From Limisphaerales bacterium (GTDB lineage: Bacteria; Verrucomicrobiota; Verrucomicrobiia; Limisphaerales; UBA9464): DNA of 35,520 nt. Of this stretch, positions 26,932 through 35,520 are shown piece by piece. Position numbers and translations under genes: made by a program. The DNA lies in contig JBGAPN010000003.1 in the NCBI GenBank assembly GCA_044221235.1, forward strand, positions 1 to 35,520, written 5' to 3'. Position 1 is the first letter of the stretch. Every line of letters begins with the position of its first letter. The notes under the pieces were generated by a model. The model was not told the origin of the DNA and ran no database searches. It was given only the letters and a program-made list of their open reading frames with translations.

Positions 26932-27495
26932 ATGCCCAAGGGGTTCAAGTCACTGCGGGGAATGCTGCTGCTGGATGGCGGGAAGCTGCTGGGAAGTGTT
27001 TTCCATCGCGCCGTTGTACTGGTGTGCCAGCACGATTCCAAAGGGGCATTTGGATTGATTCTCAACCAGCCCACCGACCGGAAACTGGGCGAGGTTCTGG
27101 AATCCACGGTTCCGGAGGCTCTGGAGGAACTGGCGGTGTTCAACGGCGGACCGGTCCAACCCGCGGCGCTCAGTTATCTACATCATGAACTCGATCAACC
27201 TGACGGGAACTTGATGGACGTCCTGACGCTGGGCCACGATCTGGATAAGATGCTCGAGTTGGGTCGGACCGAAGCCGAAGCGGTCCGGATGAAGGTGTTC
27301 GCCGGATATGCAGGTTGGGCGCCTGGGCAGCTCGACGAGGAAATGAGACGGGAGTCCTGGCTGCTCCACACGGCCACGCCCGACCTGGTGTTTCGGGTGC
27401 CTCCTACCCAGCTCTGGCGCCATATCCTGCGTGCCAAGGGAGACTGGCAAAGCCGGCTGCTGGCTGATTCTCCGGAGGACTTATCGTGGAATTAG
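26932..27495 (+). CDS. yqgE: YqgE/AlgH (UPF0301) family protein
   Basis: FHRAVVLVCQHDSKGAFGLILNQP, GGPV, FAGYAGWAPGQLDEE...SW. Confidence 0.9.
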   Translation: MPKGFKSLRGMLLLDGGKLLGSVFHRAVVLVCQHDSKGAFGLILNQPTDRKLGEVLESTVPEALEELAVFNGGPVQPAALSYLHHELDQPDGNLMDVLTLGHDLDKMLELGRTEAEAVRMKVFAGYAGWAPGQLDEEMRRESWLLHTATPDLVFRVPPTQLWRHILRAKGDWQSRLLADSPEDLSWN

Positions 27496-28205
27496 GCCGG
27501 CGCGGACCTCATGGCCCGGTCCAGCTGCTCTTTTTTGCCGTTCCCGAGGAGGCTGGGCCCTTTCGCAGGGCTTGGGAGAAGTCCGGTGCCGGGACCTGGA
27601 GGCGCGAGCCGTCGCTGGAGCGGGGTGGGGCGTGGCGGTCGGGAAATATCGTTGTGATCGTGACGGGCATGGGCTCTCGAAACGCGAGGAGGGTCGCTTC
27701 CCGGCTGGTGGAGGTCATGTCCATCGACTGGGTGGTGACGGCCGGATTTGCCGGTGGACTGGATCCTCGATTATCCGTGGGTACCGTCGGGTATTGTGCG
27801 GATCCATCGTTTCCGGCACGGGCGGGCCTGGACACCGCTTCCGCGCGTCCCATGGCTTTCCTGGAAGTGGATCGCGTGGCGGTGACGCCGGAGGAGAAAG
27901 CCGCACTCCATCTGAAATCCGGGGCAGATGCGGTGGAAATGGAGTCGGGAACCATACGCGCCCTTTGCCGGGAGCGCGGTATTCCTTCAGCCACAGTGCG
28001 GGTGATATCCGATGCAGCGGGCGATGCGCTTCCTTTGGATTTTGGGGCCCTGATGACTGCAGACGACCAGCTCGACTTCAGGCGGCTGGCCTGGATGCTG
28101 GCGTGTTCGCCCGGCAAAATTCCAGATCTGATCCGGTTCCAGAGGAAGGTGGCCCGGGCTGCGGATGAGCTGGCCCGGGTGATGGTCGCGTTGATGGGAC
28201 GTTGA
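27486..28205 (+). CDS. Nucleoside phosphorylase/MTA-SAH nucleosidase family (HpnG-like)
   Basis: FAVPEEA, TGMG, AGFAGGLDP, AVEMES, VRVISD. Confidence 0.8.
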   Translation: MELGRRGPHGPVQLLFFAVPEEAGPFRRAWEKSGAGTWRREPSLERGGAWRSGNIVVIVTGMGSRNARRVASRLVEVMSIDWVVTAGFAGGLDPRLSVGTVGYCADPSFPARAGLDTASARPMAFLEVDRVAVTPEEKAALHLKSGADAVEMESGTIRALCRERGIPSATVRVISDAAGDALPLDFGALMTADDQLDFRRLAWMLACSPGKIPDLIRFQRKVARAADELARVMVALMGR

Positions 28206-28257
28206 GCGGCTGTGGACGGCACTTGCCCCGGAGCTCATTCCTGCGCACGTTGAATCC

Positions 28258-28743
28258 GTGGATGATTTTCAGGCGCACTACGACGACGCCATGTTCGACT
28301 TCTCGATGGGGCAGTTCGATTCGGCGATCGAAAAGCTTTCCGCGATCCTGGCGCGGGACCCAAACCATTTTGATGCCCAGTTGAGCATCGCCATGTGCCA
28401 TTATCGAAAAGGGGACTATGCCACCGCCATCGCCGAGGGACACAAGGCGGAACGGTTGAAACCCAATGAACAGCTGGTTCACACCAACCTTTCGTTGTTC
28501 TACATGAAGTCGGGTGACAAGAAGACTGCGGAGCACCATGGCCTCCAAGCCCGGATCGCCTCGTGGAAGCAGGACATGACGGCTCCGTCAAAAACGCCCG
28601 GTGCCGGAGACGATGAACTCAGGATGGCAGCCCCAGCGCCGCAGTCCTTCAAGCTGCCTGAGAAGTTTCCTGACATGCCGTGGAAGAAAAAGCCGGCGAC
28701 ACCGCCCTCCACCCAACCTCCGGCCCCGGGGAAGCAGCCGTGA
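28258..28743 (+). CDS. Tetratricopeptide repeat protein
   Basis: TPR pattern (AIEKL..ILARDPNHFDA...AMCHYRKGDYATAIA...LKPNEQLVHTNLS); Pro-rich tail. Confidence 0.8.
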   Translation: MDDFQAHYDDAMFDFSMGQFDSAIEKLSAILARDPNHFDAQLSIAMCHYRKGDYATAIAEGHKAERLKPNEQLVHTNLSLFYMKSGDKKTAEHHGLQARIASWKQDMTAPSKTPGAGDDELRMAAPAPQSFKLPEKFPDMPWKKKPATPPSTQPPAPGKQP

Positions 28744-29042
28744 GTTGGCATGAAGTTGCCGCTGTGGAATCGCTGGGCCCTGGACGTTGCCGAACCGTGG
28801 AGGTGCAGGGTCGTCGGTTGACTCTCGCGAATGTGGCCGGCGACTTCCGCGTCGTGGACGATCGGTGTCCGCACCGTGGTGCTCCATTGGGTGCGGGGTA
28901 TCTGGATGGCGCCCGGTTGTATTGCCCGCTCCACGGCTGGGAATTCGATGTAACGACCGGAGCCTGCCTGACACGCCCGGACCTGCCGCTCAAACCGTTG
29001 GCGGTCGCGGTGCGCGAGGGTCGGGTTTGGGTGGATTTGTAG
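28740..29042 (+). CDS. Rieske [2Fe-2S] ferredoxin
   Basis: CPHRG...CPLHGWEFDVTTG; GTGA overlap with the TPR stop. Confidence 0.9.
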   Translation: MSWHEVAAVESLGPGRCRTVEVQGRRLTLANVAGDFRVVDDRCPHRGAPLGAGYLDGARLYCPLHGWEFDVTTGACLTRPDLPLKPLAVAVREGRVWVDL

Positions 29043-29094
29043 GCGTTTCCGGTACCGATTGGGATGTGGCGACTCCGCAGGATTCGACGTGCGG

Positions 29095-30444
29095 TCAGAG
29101 GGAGCCTCGCACACGGGTGGCGGCCTTCCGTTCCGAGGCCGACGCCTCTTCTAATGTCTTCAATGCGTTCAATACACCCTGCGCCATTGTGTCGTCCGTG
29201 TACCGTGCGTTGACGGATTGACGCCCGCGGCTGCCAAGGTTTCGCAGGCGTTCCGGGTCTTGAAGCATGGGTTCCAAGGCTTCGACCAGCGCTCCGGCAT
29301 TGTTGGGGCCGCAAAGCAATCCGCCGCCTGTATCCGAAATCAGTTCCGGAAACGTGGCGACTTCGGGCTGGACCAGCGGCGTGCCTGCCGCCAGGGACTC
29401 GATGACATAGAGGCCAAAGGATTCGCTCATCCTTGACGGGACCGAAAGAACATCGCAGGAGAAGAGGAACTCGATCTTCTGCTGGCGGGACAAGTTGGGA
29501 TGGAAAGAGACCTCAGCAAGAATACCCGCGGCACGGAGTTTTTCCCGTTGTTCTGCCACGAATGGCTCATCACCCGGACCGCAACCTCCGCCGATCCGGA
29601 GCCTGAGGTTGGGAATCCGGTTTCGGCGCCGCAACTCGATGTAGGCGTCGACGACCGTGTCCAGTCCCTTGTCCGGGCACATCCTGGCAAAAAACCCGAG
29701 CGACAATGGATCGCCCGGTTTCGGGGCGGGCCTTGAAGGGAGGGAATTGTAACCTTCGAGGCTGATTCCATTGGGCACGACGGCCATCCTTCTGGAGGAC
29801 AAGCCCAGACGTTCGCTCATGCGGCCGGCGAAATAGCGGGAAGGGGCGATCCAGCCGTCGACATCATTCGCTCTCTCCGCGAGTGTTTCCCAAGCCCGCG
29901 TCTTCCAGGGTTCCGGAATCGAATCGAGAAACGATTCTTCACTCTGCAGGAAACAAATCACTCGGGTGCCCAACGCAGCCTTGAGCCGCCGGGCAAAACC
30001 GATCAGCAGGGCATTGGAGAGAAAGATGGCGTCCGGTTGGCTGTGTGCCTTCAACCAGGAAACCAATTCCTCCAAGTCGCGTGCTTGATTGCCATTCTCT
30101 CCCTCCAGCATCGACACGGTGAGCTCGCCAACGTCCGTTGCCCGGGTCTTGGCCGCCTTCCCAGCCGCCATCTTGAGCAACGCCGGTGCGTCAAAGATTC
30201 TGCGAAACCATGCGGGTGCCCGCCGGTACCAGCTAAACTTCTGGTCGAAGAAAACGTTGAGCCCTCCGAAGAACGTGGGTGTGTCCGCCTGGGCGGGAAT
30301 CTCATCCAACGTCATGGGGAGATACAGGGGCACCATGAGTGACTCATGTCCCTGCCGCCTCAGAGCGGTGACGAGGGCATTGTCCCGGAAACAGTTTCCG
30401 CAATACATGCCTCCGGCGCCCGGGGTGATCTGGACGACCTTCAT
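29095..30444 (-). CDS. GT4-family glycosyltransferase
   Basis: VVPNGI, ARMCPDKG, ESFGLYVIESLAAGTP; N-terminal GAGGMYCGNC. Confidence 0.88.
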   Translation of the reverse strand: MKVVQITPGAGGMYCGNCFRDNALVTALRRQGHESLMVPLYLPMTLDEIPAQADTPTFFGGLNVFFDQKFSWYRRAPAWFRRIFDAPALLKMAAGKAAKTRATDVGELTVSMLEGENGNQARDLEELVSWLKAHSQPDAIFLSNALLIGFARRLKAALGTRVICFLQSEESFLDSIPEPWKTRAWETLAERANDVDGWIAPSRYFAGRMSERLGLSSRRMAVVPNGISLEGYNSLPSRPAPKPGDPLSLGFFARMCPDKGLDTVVDAYIELRRRNRIPNLRLRIGGGCGPGDEPFVAEQREKLRAAGILAEVSFHPNLSRQQKIEFLFSCDVLSVPSRMSESFGLYVIESLAAGTPLVQPEVATFPELISDTGGGLLCGPNNAGALVEALEPMLQDPERLRNLGSRGRQSVNARYTDDTMAQGVLNALKTLEEASASERKAATRVRGSL

Positions 30445-30522
30445 CCACGCCAAGCTACAGCGCGTCGCGGCATCGACAAGCCTAGCGTGGCGCCGTCGGC
30501 CGCGGCGCCATACCTTGCAGAC

Positions 30523-31575
30523 TCAGGCGGGTTCTTGCTGGCTGATACAGTGGAAGGATCCAAGACCCCAGATCAGGTCTGTGGAATCGATTCCTACCAC
30601 TTTTCGGTCCGGGAATTCCCGCTGCAGTGTTTCCAGGGCCACCACGTCCCTGGGATCCCGGAATGTCGGGACAATGACCTTGTGGTTGGCGATGTAGAAG
30701 TTGGCGTAGCTGGCGGGCAACCGTTGGTCTTCAACCTCGATCCGACGCGGCATCGGGAGTTCAACGATGCGCAGCGGTCGCCCGTCCTGGTCCTTCAATT
30801 GCCGCAATCGGCTCAGGTTCTCTTCGAGCGGTTCGTGATTCTCATCGTCCGGGTCCGGCTCCACCACGGTCACGACCGTGGTGGCGTTCACGAACCGGGT
30901 CAGGTCGTCCACGTGGCCGTCGGTGTCATCGCCCACGATGCCATCACCGAGCCACAGGATATGACTGACGCCGAGATACTCCCGCAGATATCGCTCGATG
31001 TCGTCGCGGGACAGATGAGGGTTGCGGTTCGGGTTGAGCAGGCAGGACTCCGTAGTGATGAGTGTTCCGCGCCCGTTGACCTCCAAGGATCCCCCTTCCA
31101 TGACGATGCCGGGAGTGAAGACCGGAACGCCGCGGAGGCGGGCGATGTGCTGCGGAATTTCATCGTCGAGGTCGAATGGAGGATATTTGCCGCCCCAGGC
31201 ATTGTAACCCCAGTCCACAATGGCACGGTCGCGGCTACCGCCGCGGTCCCGCACAACAAATAGGGGACCGTGGTCGCGGCACCAGGGTTCGTAGGATTGA
31301 AATGGGTGAAGGTGTACCCGCTCCATGGAGACATGATGCCGGCGGAGGACCTTCCGGATCTCCTCCCCAAGATCGTCATTCCACACATTGATGTGGACCT
31401 CCTCATGCTTCGCCAGATGGAAAACAAACTGGGCGTAGGTTTCCGGAACTGGTTCGTACCTCCCCGGAAAGCTGATGCCGTCCGGGCGGGGCCATGTGAG
31501 CCAGGTGGCGGCGTGAGGTTCCCATTCGGCCGGCATTCGGTAACCAAGTTCGCGAGGAGTGTGTGCGCTGCTCAT
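30523..31575 (-). CDS. aguA: Agmatine deiminase (PPAD/AguA family)
   Basis: MPAEWEPH, WCRDHGP, EGGSLEVNGRGT, DDTDGHVD, ASYANFY, GSFHCISQQ (catalytic Cys). Confidence 0.92.
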   Translation of the reverse strand: MSSAHTPRELGYRMPAEWEPHAATWLTWPRPDGISFPGRYEPVPETYAQFVFHLAKHEEVHINVWNDDLGEEIRKVLRRHHVSMERVHLHPFQSYEPWCRDHGPLFVVRDRGGSRDRAIVDWGYNAWGGKYPPFDLDDEIPQHIARLRGVPVFTPGIVMEGGSLEVNGRGTLITTESCLLNPNRNPHLSRDDIERYLREYLGVSHILWLGDGIVGDDTDGHVDDLTRFVNATTVVTVVEPDPDDENHEPLEENLSRLRQLKDQDGRPLRIVELPMPRRIEVEDQRLPASYANFYIANHKVIVPTFRDPRDVVALETLQREFPDRKVVGIDSTDLIWGLGSFHCISQQEPA

Positions 31576-31785
31576 GACGTCGATGTCTCGATTCGAAGGC
31601 AAGGTGGGTCCAGAAGGCGAGGCTGGATGTGTTCCCTGTTCCCTGAAGTCGGAACGTAGGCTTTCCAAACTAGGTGAGTATTCAGCGGCAACGACGCGGT
31701 TGGTCAGGTTTCCGAGTCCGGGAATCGCCTGCATGTTCTTCATCGTTCAGCCTCCAATGCGTCATCTGATTCATTTGTTGGTGTG

Positions 31786-31846
31786 TGATCAAAAAAAGCC
31801 ATCCGTACAATTCTGTCAGGGTTTCGATGAATCTTTTTTTTGATCA
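31786..31846. promoter_or_regulatory. Inverted pair TGATCAAAAAAA ... TTTTTTTGATCA; candidate activator-binding upstream sequence
   Basis: 12-bp perfect inverted repeat (31786-31797 and 31835-31846) in an AT-rich tract about 60-120 bp upstream of a sigma-54 motif. Confidence 0.5.
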
Positions 31847-31849
31847 TAA

Positions 31850-32359
<510 letters not shown>

Positions 32360-32395
32360 TATCACCCCAATTCAAGAAACACCCCTCTTTCGAAC

Positions 32396-33874
32396 ATGAA
32401 GACACTTTTCCGAGTTATTCTCCTGGTTGCACTGACGATGACCTTTGCACGGGCTCCCATCGCCCGCGCCGCGGATGCGCCTACTCCTTCGTTGGAACAG
32501 CGCATTGCCAGCTTGGAGGCATACGTCAACAACACCGATCCGACCGCTCCTTTGAAGGGGGCGGACGGAAAGATTCCTGATGGCTTGGCGACCCCCACAT
32601 CGGCGACGGCAGGCCCGGGCCACAATGGGTTCCAGATGGTCTGTGCCGCCCTGGTGTTGTTCATGACTCTTCCCGGCCTGTTCCTTTTTTATGGCGGGCT
32701 TGTCCGCAAGAAGAACATGCTATCGGTGGTGGCGCAGTGCTTTGGCATCGCGGGGCTCGTCACGATTCTCTGGTACGTCTTCGGTTACAGTTTCGTATTT
32801 GCAGACGGTGCACCCGCCTGGGTGGGCGATCTCAAGAAATTCGCGTTCCTCAAGGATGTCGGCCCGGCTCCCAACACCAATTACTCGTACTGGGTGTCCC
32901 AGAGTGTGTTCAGCATGTACCAGCTGATGTTTGCCATCATTACGCCGGCTCTGATCCTGGGCGCCATTGCCGAACGCATGAAATTTTCGGCAATCCTCCT
33001 GTTTGTGGGGCTCTGGATGGTCGTTGTCTACTTCCCGCTGGCCCACTGGGTCTGGGGGGTCAATGGGGCCATGAATGGCGTCTGGAATGCCGATGCCAAG
33101 ATCAAAGCCATTGATTTCGCCGGCGGCACGGTGGTTCACATGAGTTCCGGCTGGAGCGCCTTGATCCTCTGCCTGCTGCTCAAGCCCCGACTCGGGCACA
33201 ACAAGGAACCCATGCAGCCGCACAGCATGACCATGTGCGCCATCGGGACCGGAATGCTCTGGGTTGGCTGGTATGGATTCAATGCTGGATCCGCGGTAGC
33301 CGCGGACGGCGTCGCTGCGAATGCGTTCATGACAACGACGATTGCAGCTGCCGTTGCATCCTTCGTCTGGGCCGTGCTCGAATGGATTCTGCGCGGCAAG
33401 CCTTCGATTCTCGGCTTCTGCTCGGGCGCGGTCGCCGGCCTCGTGGTCGTGACCCCTGCCTGCGGGTTCATCACTGCGGATGGGTCGTTCATTATCGGCA
33501 TCTTTGCCGGCGCAATTCCGTTCGCGGCCTGCGCCTATCTCAAACCCAAGCTGGGCTACGACGACGCGCTCGACACGTTCGGCGTGCACGCAGTGGGTGG
33601 GACGATGGGAGCCATCCTCACCGGCATGCTCGCCCGCAATTCGGCAAACTCCAACCTGGCGACGAATCTCAAAGACAAAGTGACGGACTCCCTCTTCCAA
33701 CCCCTGGTGGTGGAACAGATCAAGGCCGTAGTGGTGACCCTGGTGCTGTCTGTGGTCGCCACGATTGTCCTCACATTCATCGTCAAGGCGGTCGTTGGTC
33801 TTCGGCCCAGCGAGGAAGACGAGCGCATCGGCTTGGATCTCACCGAACACGGCGAAGAAGCCTACCACGGTTGA
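32396..33874 (+). CDS. amtB: Ammonium transporter
   Basis: FYGGLVR, FAIITPAL, DFAGGTVVH, WYGFNAGS, DDALDTFGVH, GLDLTEHGE. Confidence 0.96.
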   Translation: MKTLFRVILLVALTMTFARAPIARAADAPTPSLEQRIASLEAYVNNTDPTAPLKGADGKIPDGLATPTSATAGPGHNGFQMVCAALVLFMTLPGLFLFYGGLVRKKNMLSVVAQCFGIAGLVTILWYVFGYSFVFADGAPAWVGDLKKFAFLKDVGPAPNTNYSYWVSQSVFSMYQLMFAIITPALILGAIAERMKFSAILLFVGLWMVVVYFPLAHWVWGVNGAMNGVWNADAKIKAIDFAGGTVVHMSSGWSALILCLLLKPRLGHNKEPMQPHSMTMCAIGTGMLWVGWYGFNAGSAVAADGVAANAFMTTTIAAAVASFVWAVLEWILRGKPSILGFCSGAVAGLVVVTPACGFITADGSFIIGIFAGAIPFAACAYLKPKLGYDDALDTFGVHAVGGTMGAILTGMLARNSANSNLATNLKDKVTDSLFQPLVVEQIKAVVVTLVLSVVATIVLTFIVKAVVGLRPSEEDERIGLDLTEHGEEAYHG

Positions 33875-33970
33875 ACCCCTTGTTTCGGGAGTCGGAGGGC
33901 AATAAGCGGAGACAGAGAGCTCCATTTGGCCTCCGGTTCCTGAACGGAGTCTGATCAGGCGAAAGAATCA

Positions 33971-34002
33971 TGCCCCGGTTCCACAGCGGTGGACCCGGGG
34001 CA
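33971..34002. terminator. Strong hairpin between convergent amtB and PP2C genes, possibly a bidirectional terminator
   Basis: TGCCCCGG-T-TCCAC-AGCG-GTGGA-C-CCGGGGCA; on the minus strand it is followed by TGATTCTTTC. Confidence 0.55.
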
Positions 34003-34057
34003 AATCCTTTCGAAAGGCTTGGGTCGGGTGCGTTGGCACCCACCGAGGACGCCACAC

Positions 34058-34894
34058 TCAGTTGACCTGAATGACCAATGCAGTGGTATTGTCCCTACCG
34101 TCGGCTTCGACGGAAGCGTCCACCAGGCATCGAGCAGGATTTAATCCCGTTTCAGGCGCATGCTTTGAACGCAGCAGCTCGAGAATCCGAGAGTTGTAAA
34201 GTCCCTCCGCCAGGCCGTCGGTGCAGAGTAAAAAGAGGTCTCCTGGTTCAATGGCCACCGCTCCTACTTGAGGGTCGACGAATTGGTTTCCCCCGCCCAG
34301 CGCCTTCTGCAGGACATTGCGTCGCGGGTGTTGACGGGCCTCCCGTTCGTTGATCTGCCCCGTCCGGTGGAGCCAACCGACATAGGTATCGTCATTTGAG
34401 AGTTGGCGGATTCCGCCTTCCCGGGCCGAGAGGTAGTAAATGCGACTGTCACCGATATGCCCGAAGTACATCCAGCCGGGTGTAAACCAGCACAGACTGA
34501 GGGTCGTTTCCATCCCCGAGCATTCATCGTAGCTTTGTCCCAAATACACGAGAGCACGATGGATTTGGGTGAAAAGTTCGGTCAGGACATCGGAGAAACC
34601 GGAGGAAAGCCCCGTCGCCGACTGCTGGAATGAACGGGGCAGAAGTCGCGTGATCTTTTCCACGGCAATCCGGCTGGCAAATTCACCCGCCAACGCCCCG
34701 CCCATCCCGTCACAGACGGCGAATGCCCGATCAAAGTCCCTCAGCGAACCTTCACCCACCTTTCCCAAAATGTGGACCTCCCGGGCGTCGAATTGGAGGC
34801 CGAGGAACGAATCCTCATTGTTTGACCTCACCTTTCCGCGGTCGGTCCAGCCGTGCCAGCGGAGTTGGGTGAGGGCGGGAGGGTCGTCTTTCAT
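34058..34894 (-). CDS. PP2C/PPM family Ser/Thr protein phosphatase
   Basis: TDRGKVRSNNEDS, VCDGMGG, HIGDSRIY, HPRRNVL, LLCTDGL, GRDNTT. Confidence 0.93.
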   Translation of the reverse strand: MKDDPPALTQLRWHGWTDRGKVRSNNEDSFLGLQFDAREVHILGKVGEGSLRDFDRAFAVCDGMGGALAGEFASRIAVEKITRLLPRSFQQSATGLSSGFSDVLTELFTQIHRALVYLGQSYDECSGMETTLSLCWFTPGWMYFGHIGDSRIYYLSAREGGIRQLSNDDTYVGWLHRTGQINEREARQHPRRNVLQKALGGGNQFVDPQVGAVAIEPGDLFLLCTDGLAEGLYNSRILELLRSKHAPETGLNPARCLVDASVEADGRDNTTALVIQVN

Positions 34895-35301
34895 TCGGCA
34901 GACGTTGGGTCGGGCTGATTTTCGAAACCAGGCAGGATGGTGGCGAATTCAAAATCAATCACGCAGAAGCGCCCGTCGGACTGGCGGTAAGTGACATTCC
35001 GCATATCCGGGTCGTCGTGCCGGACTCCGAAGGGCTCCAGTTCCGCGAACAGCTCCCGGGTCCTGCTCTCATCCAAATGTTCCACACGGGTCCCGCAATT
35101 TGTCGTGATTATCCGAAGCCGGGAACGATCGGCTTCAAGGAGTTTTGGCACAAAGGTGCAGCCCCTGGATTCGAGGAATTTCAGCACGTGGACTTCGTTG
35201 TCGAAACGCTTTTCCGCGTCAGGGCCATGATATGCCTTCACGACCCGCCCATCGAAGGTCAGGTGCACGGTGGCACGAAGGGTGTCCTTAACTTTCAACA
35301 T
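34891..35301 (-). CDS. Minimal protein-kinase-like protein (136 aa)
   Basis: VVK (beta3 Lys), FDNE (alphaC Glu), VPKLL, HDDPDMRN catalytic loop (HxDxxxxN), IDFE; ATGA overlap with PP2C. Confidence 0.75.
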   Translation of the reverse strand: MLKVKDTLRATVHLTFDGRVVKAYHGPDAEKRFDNEVHVLKFLESRGCTFVPKLLEADRSRLRIITTNCGTRVEHLDESRTRELFAELEPFGVRHDDPDMRNVTYRQSDGRFCVIDFEFATILPGFENQPDPTSAE

Positions 35302-35518
35302 GAGGCGGCGTGGTCGGCTGGAGGTAGCAGTGGCATTTCGAAGTCAATTGTCCATTGGATGGTCGGATTTCAATCCAGTCCGTGATCGGCATTCCACCCG
35401 CTGCCCAGGATTCCGGACTGACCAAAGGAGCTGGTGAAAAGACTGATTCAACTGTCGAAAACAATCCACTGTGCTCCAAACACGTCAGATGGGCGAGGGA
35501 CTCGGACGCTTCATCACA
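35288..35518 (-). CDS. Possible 3' end of an unknown upstream gene, truncated by the window edge
   Basis: The frame is open from the window edge to TAA at 35288, overlapping the kinase start. No recognisable motif. Confidence 0.3.
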   Translation of the reverse strand, partial: CDEASESLAHLTCLEHSGLFSTVESVFSPAPLVSPESWAAGGMPITDWIEIRPSNGQLTSKCHCYLQPTTPPHVES

Positions 35519-35520
35519 AA

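Noticed and set aside
31599-31612. Minus-strand TGGACCCACCTTGC as a sigma-54 promoter for aguA
   Set aside because: The GG-GC spacer is 9 nt, not the obligatory 10.
33998-34055. GGCAAATCC...GAAA...GGACGC resembling a c-di-GMP-I riboswitch
   Set aside because: The second stem and GCAAAG junction are missing, and there is no downstream gene on that strand.

Overview
GC-rich bacterial chromosomal segment of mostly housekeeping genes, about 38 CDSs. I found no tRNA, rRNA, CRISPR array or mobile element. Gene content (PVC-type dehydrogenase-like protein, ThuA protein, the L33 sequence type, MoxR) suggests Verrucomicrobiota/PVC; this is inference. Left to right: (1) a sigma-54 NtrC-family regulator, nnr and a truncated ATE/Bpt-type transferase; (2) a putative zinc-sparing cluster of Cys-poor DksA, L33 and S18, a palindromic operator, znuACB, a zur-like regulator and hslR; (3) dprA, moxR, ybeY and recO; (4) envelope genes: LolA-like protein, an ArnT/BNR/membrane-protein operon and an OprO/P-like porin; (5) a dehydrogenase-like protein, ThuA, an HD hydrolase, UvrD, Dus, Lrp, an unlisted 39-aa lipoprotein, yqgE, a nucleosidase, a TPR protein and a Rieske ferredoxin; (6) a nitrogen locus with agmatine deiminase divergent from a sigma-54-driven glnK-amtB, facing a minimal 136-aa kinase-like gene coupled to a PP2C phosphatase. 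The most intriguing lead is this kinase/PP2C pair next to a PII protein carrying Ser49. Start codons that differ from the ORF track are my estimates.
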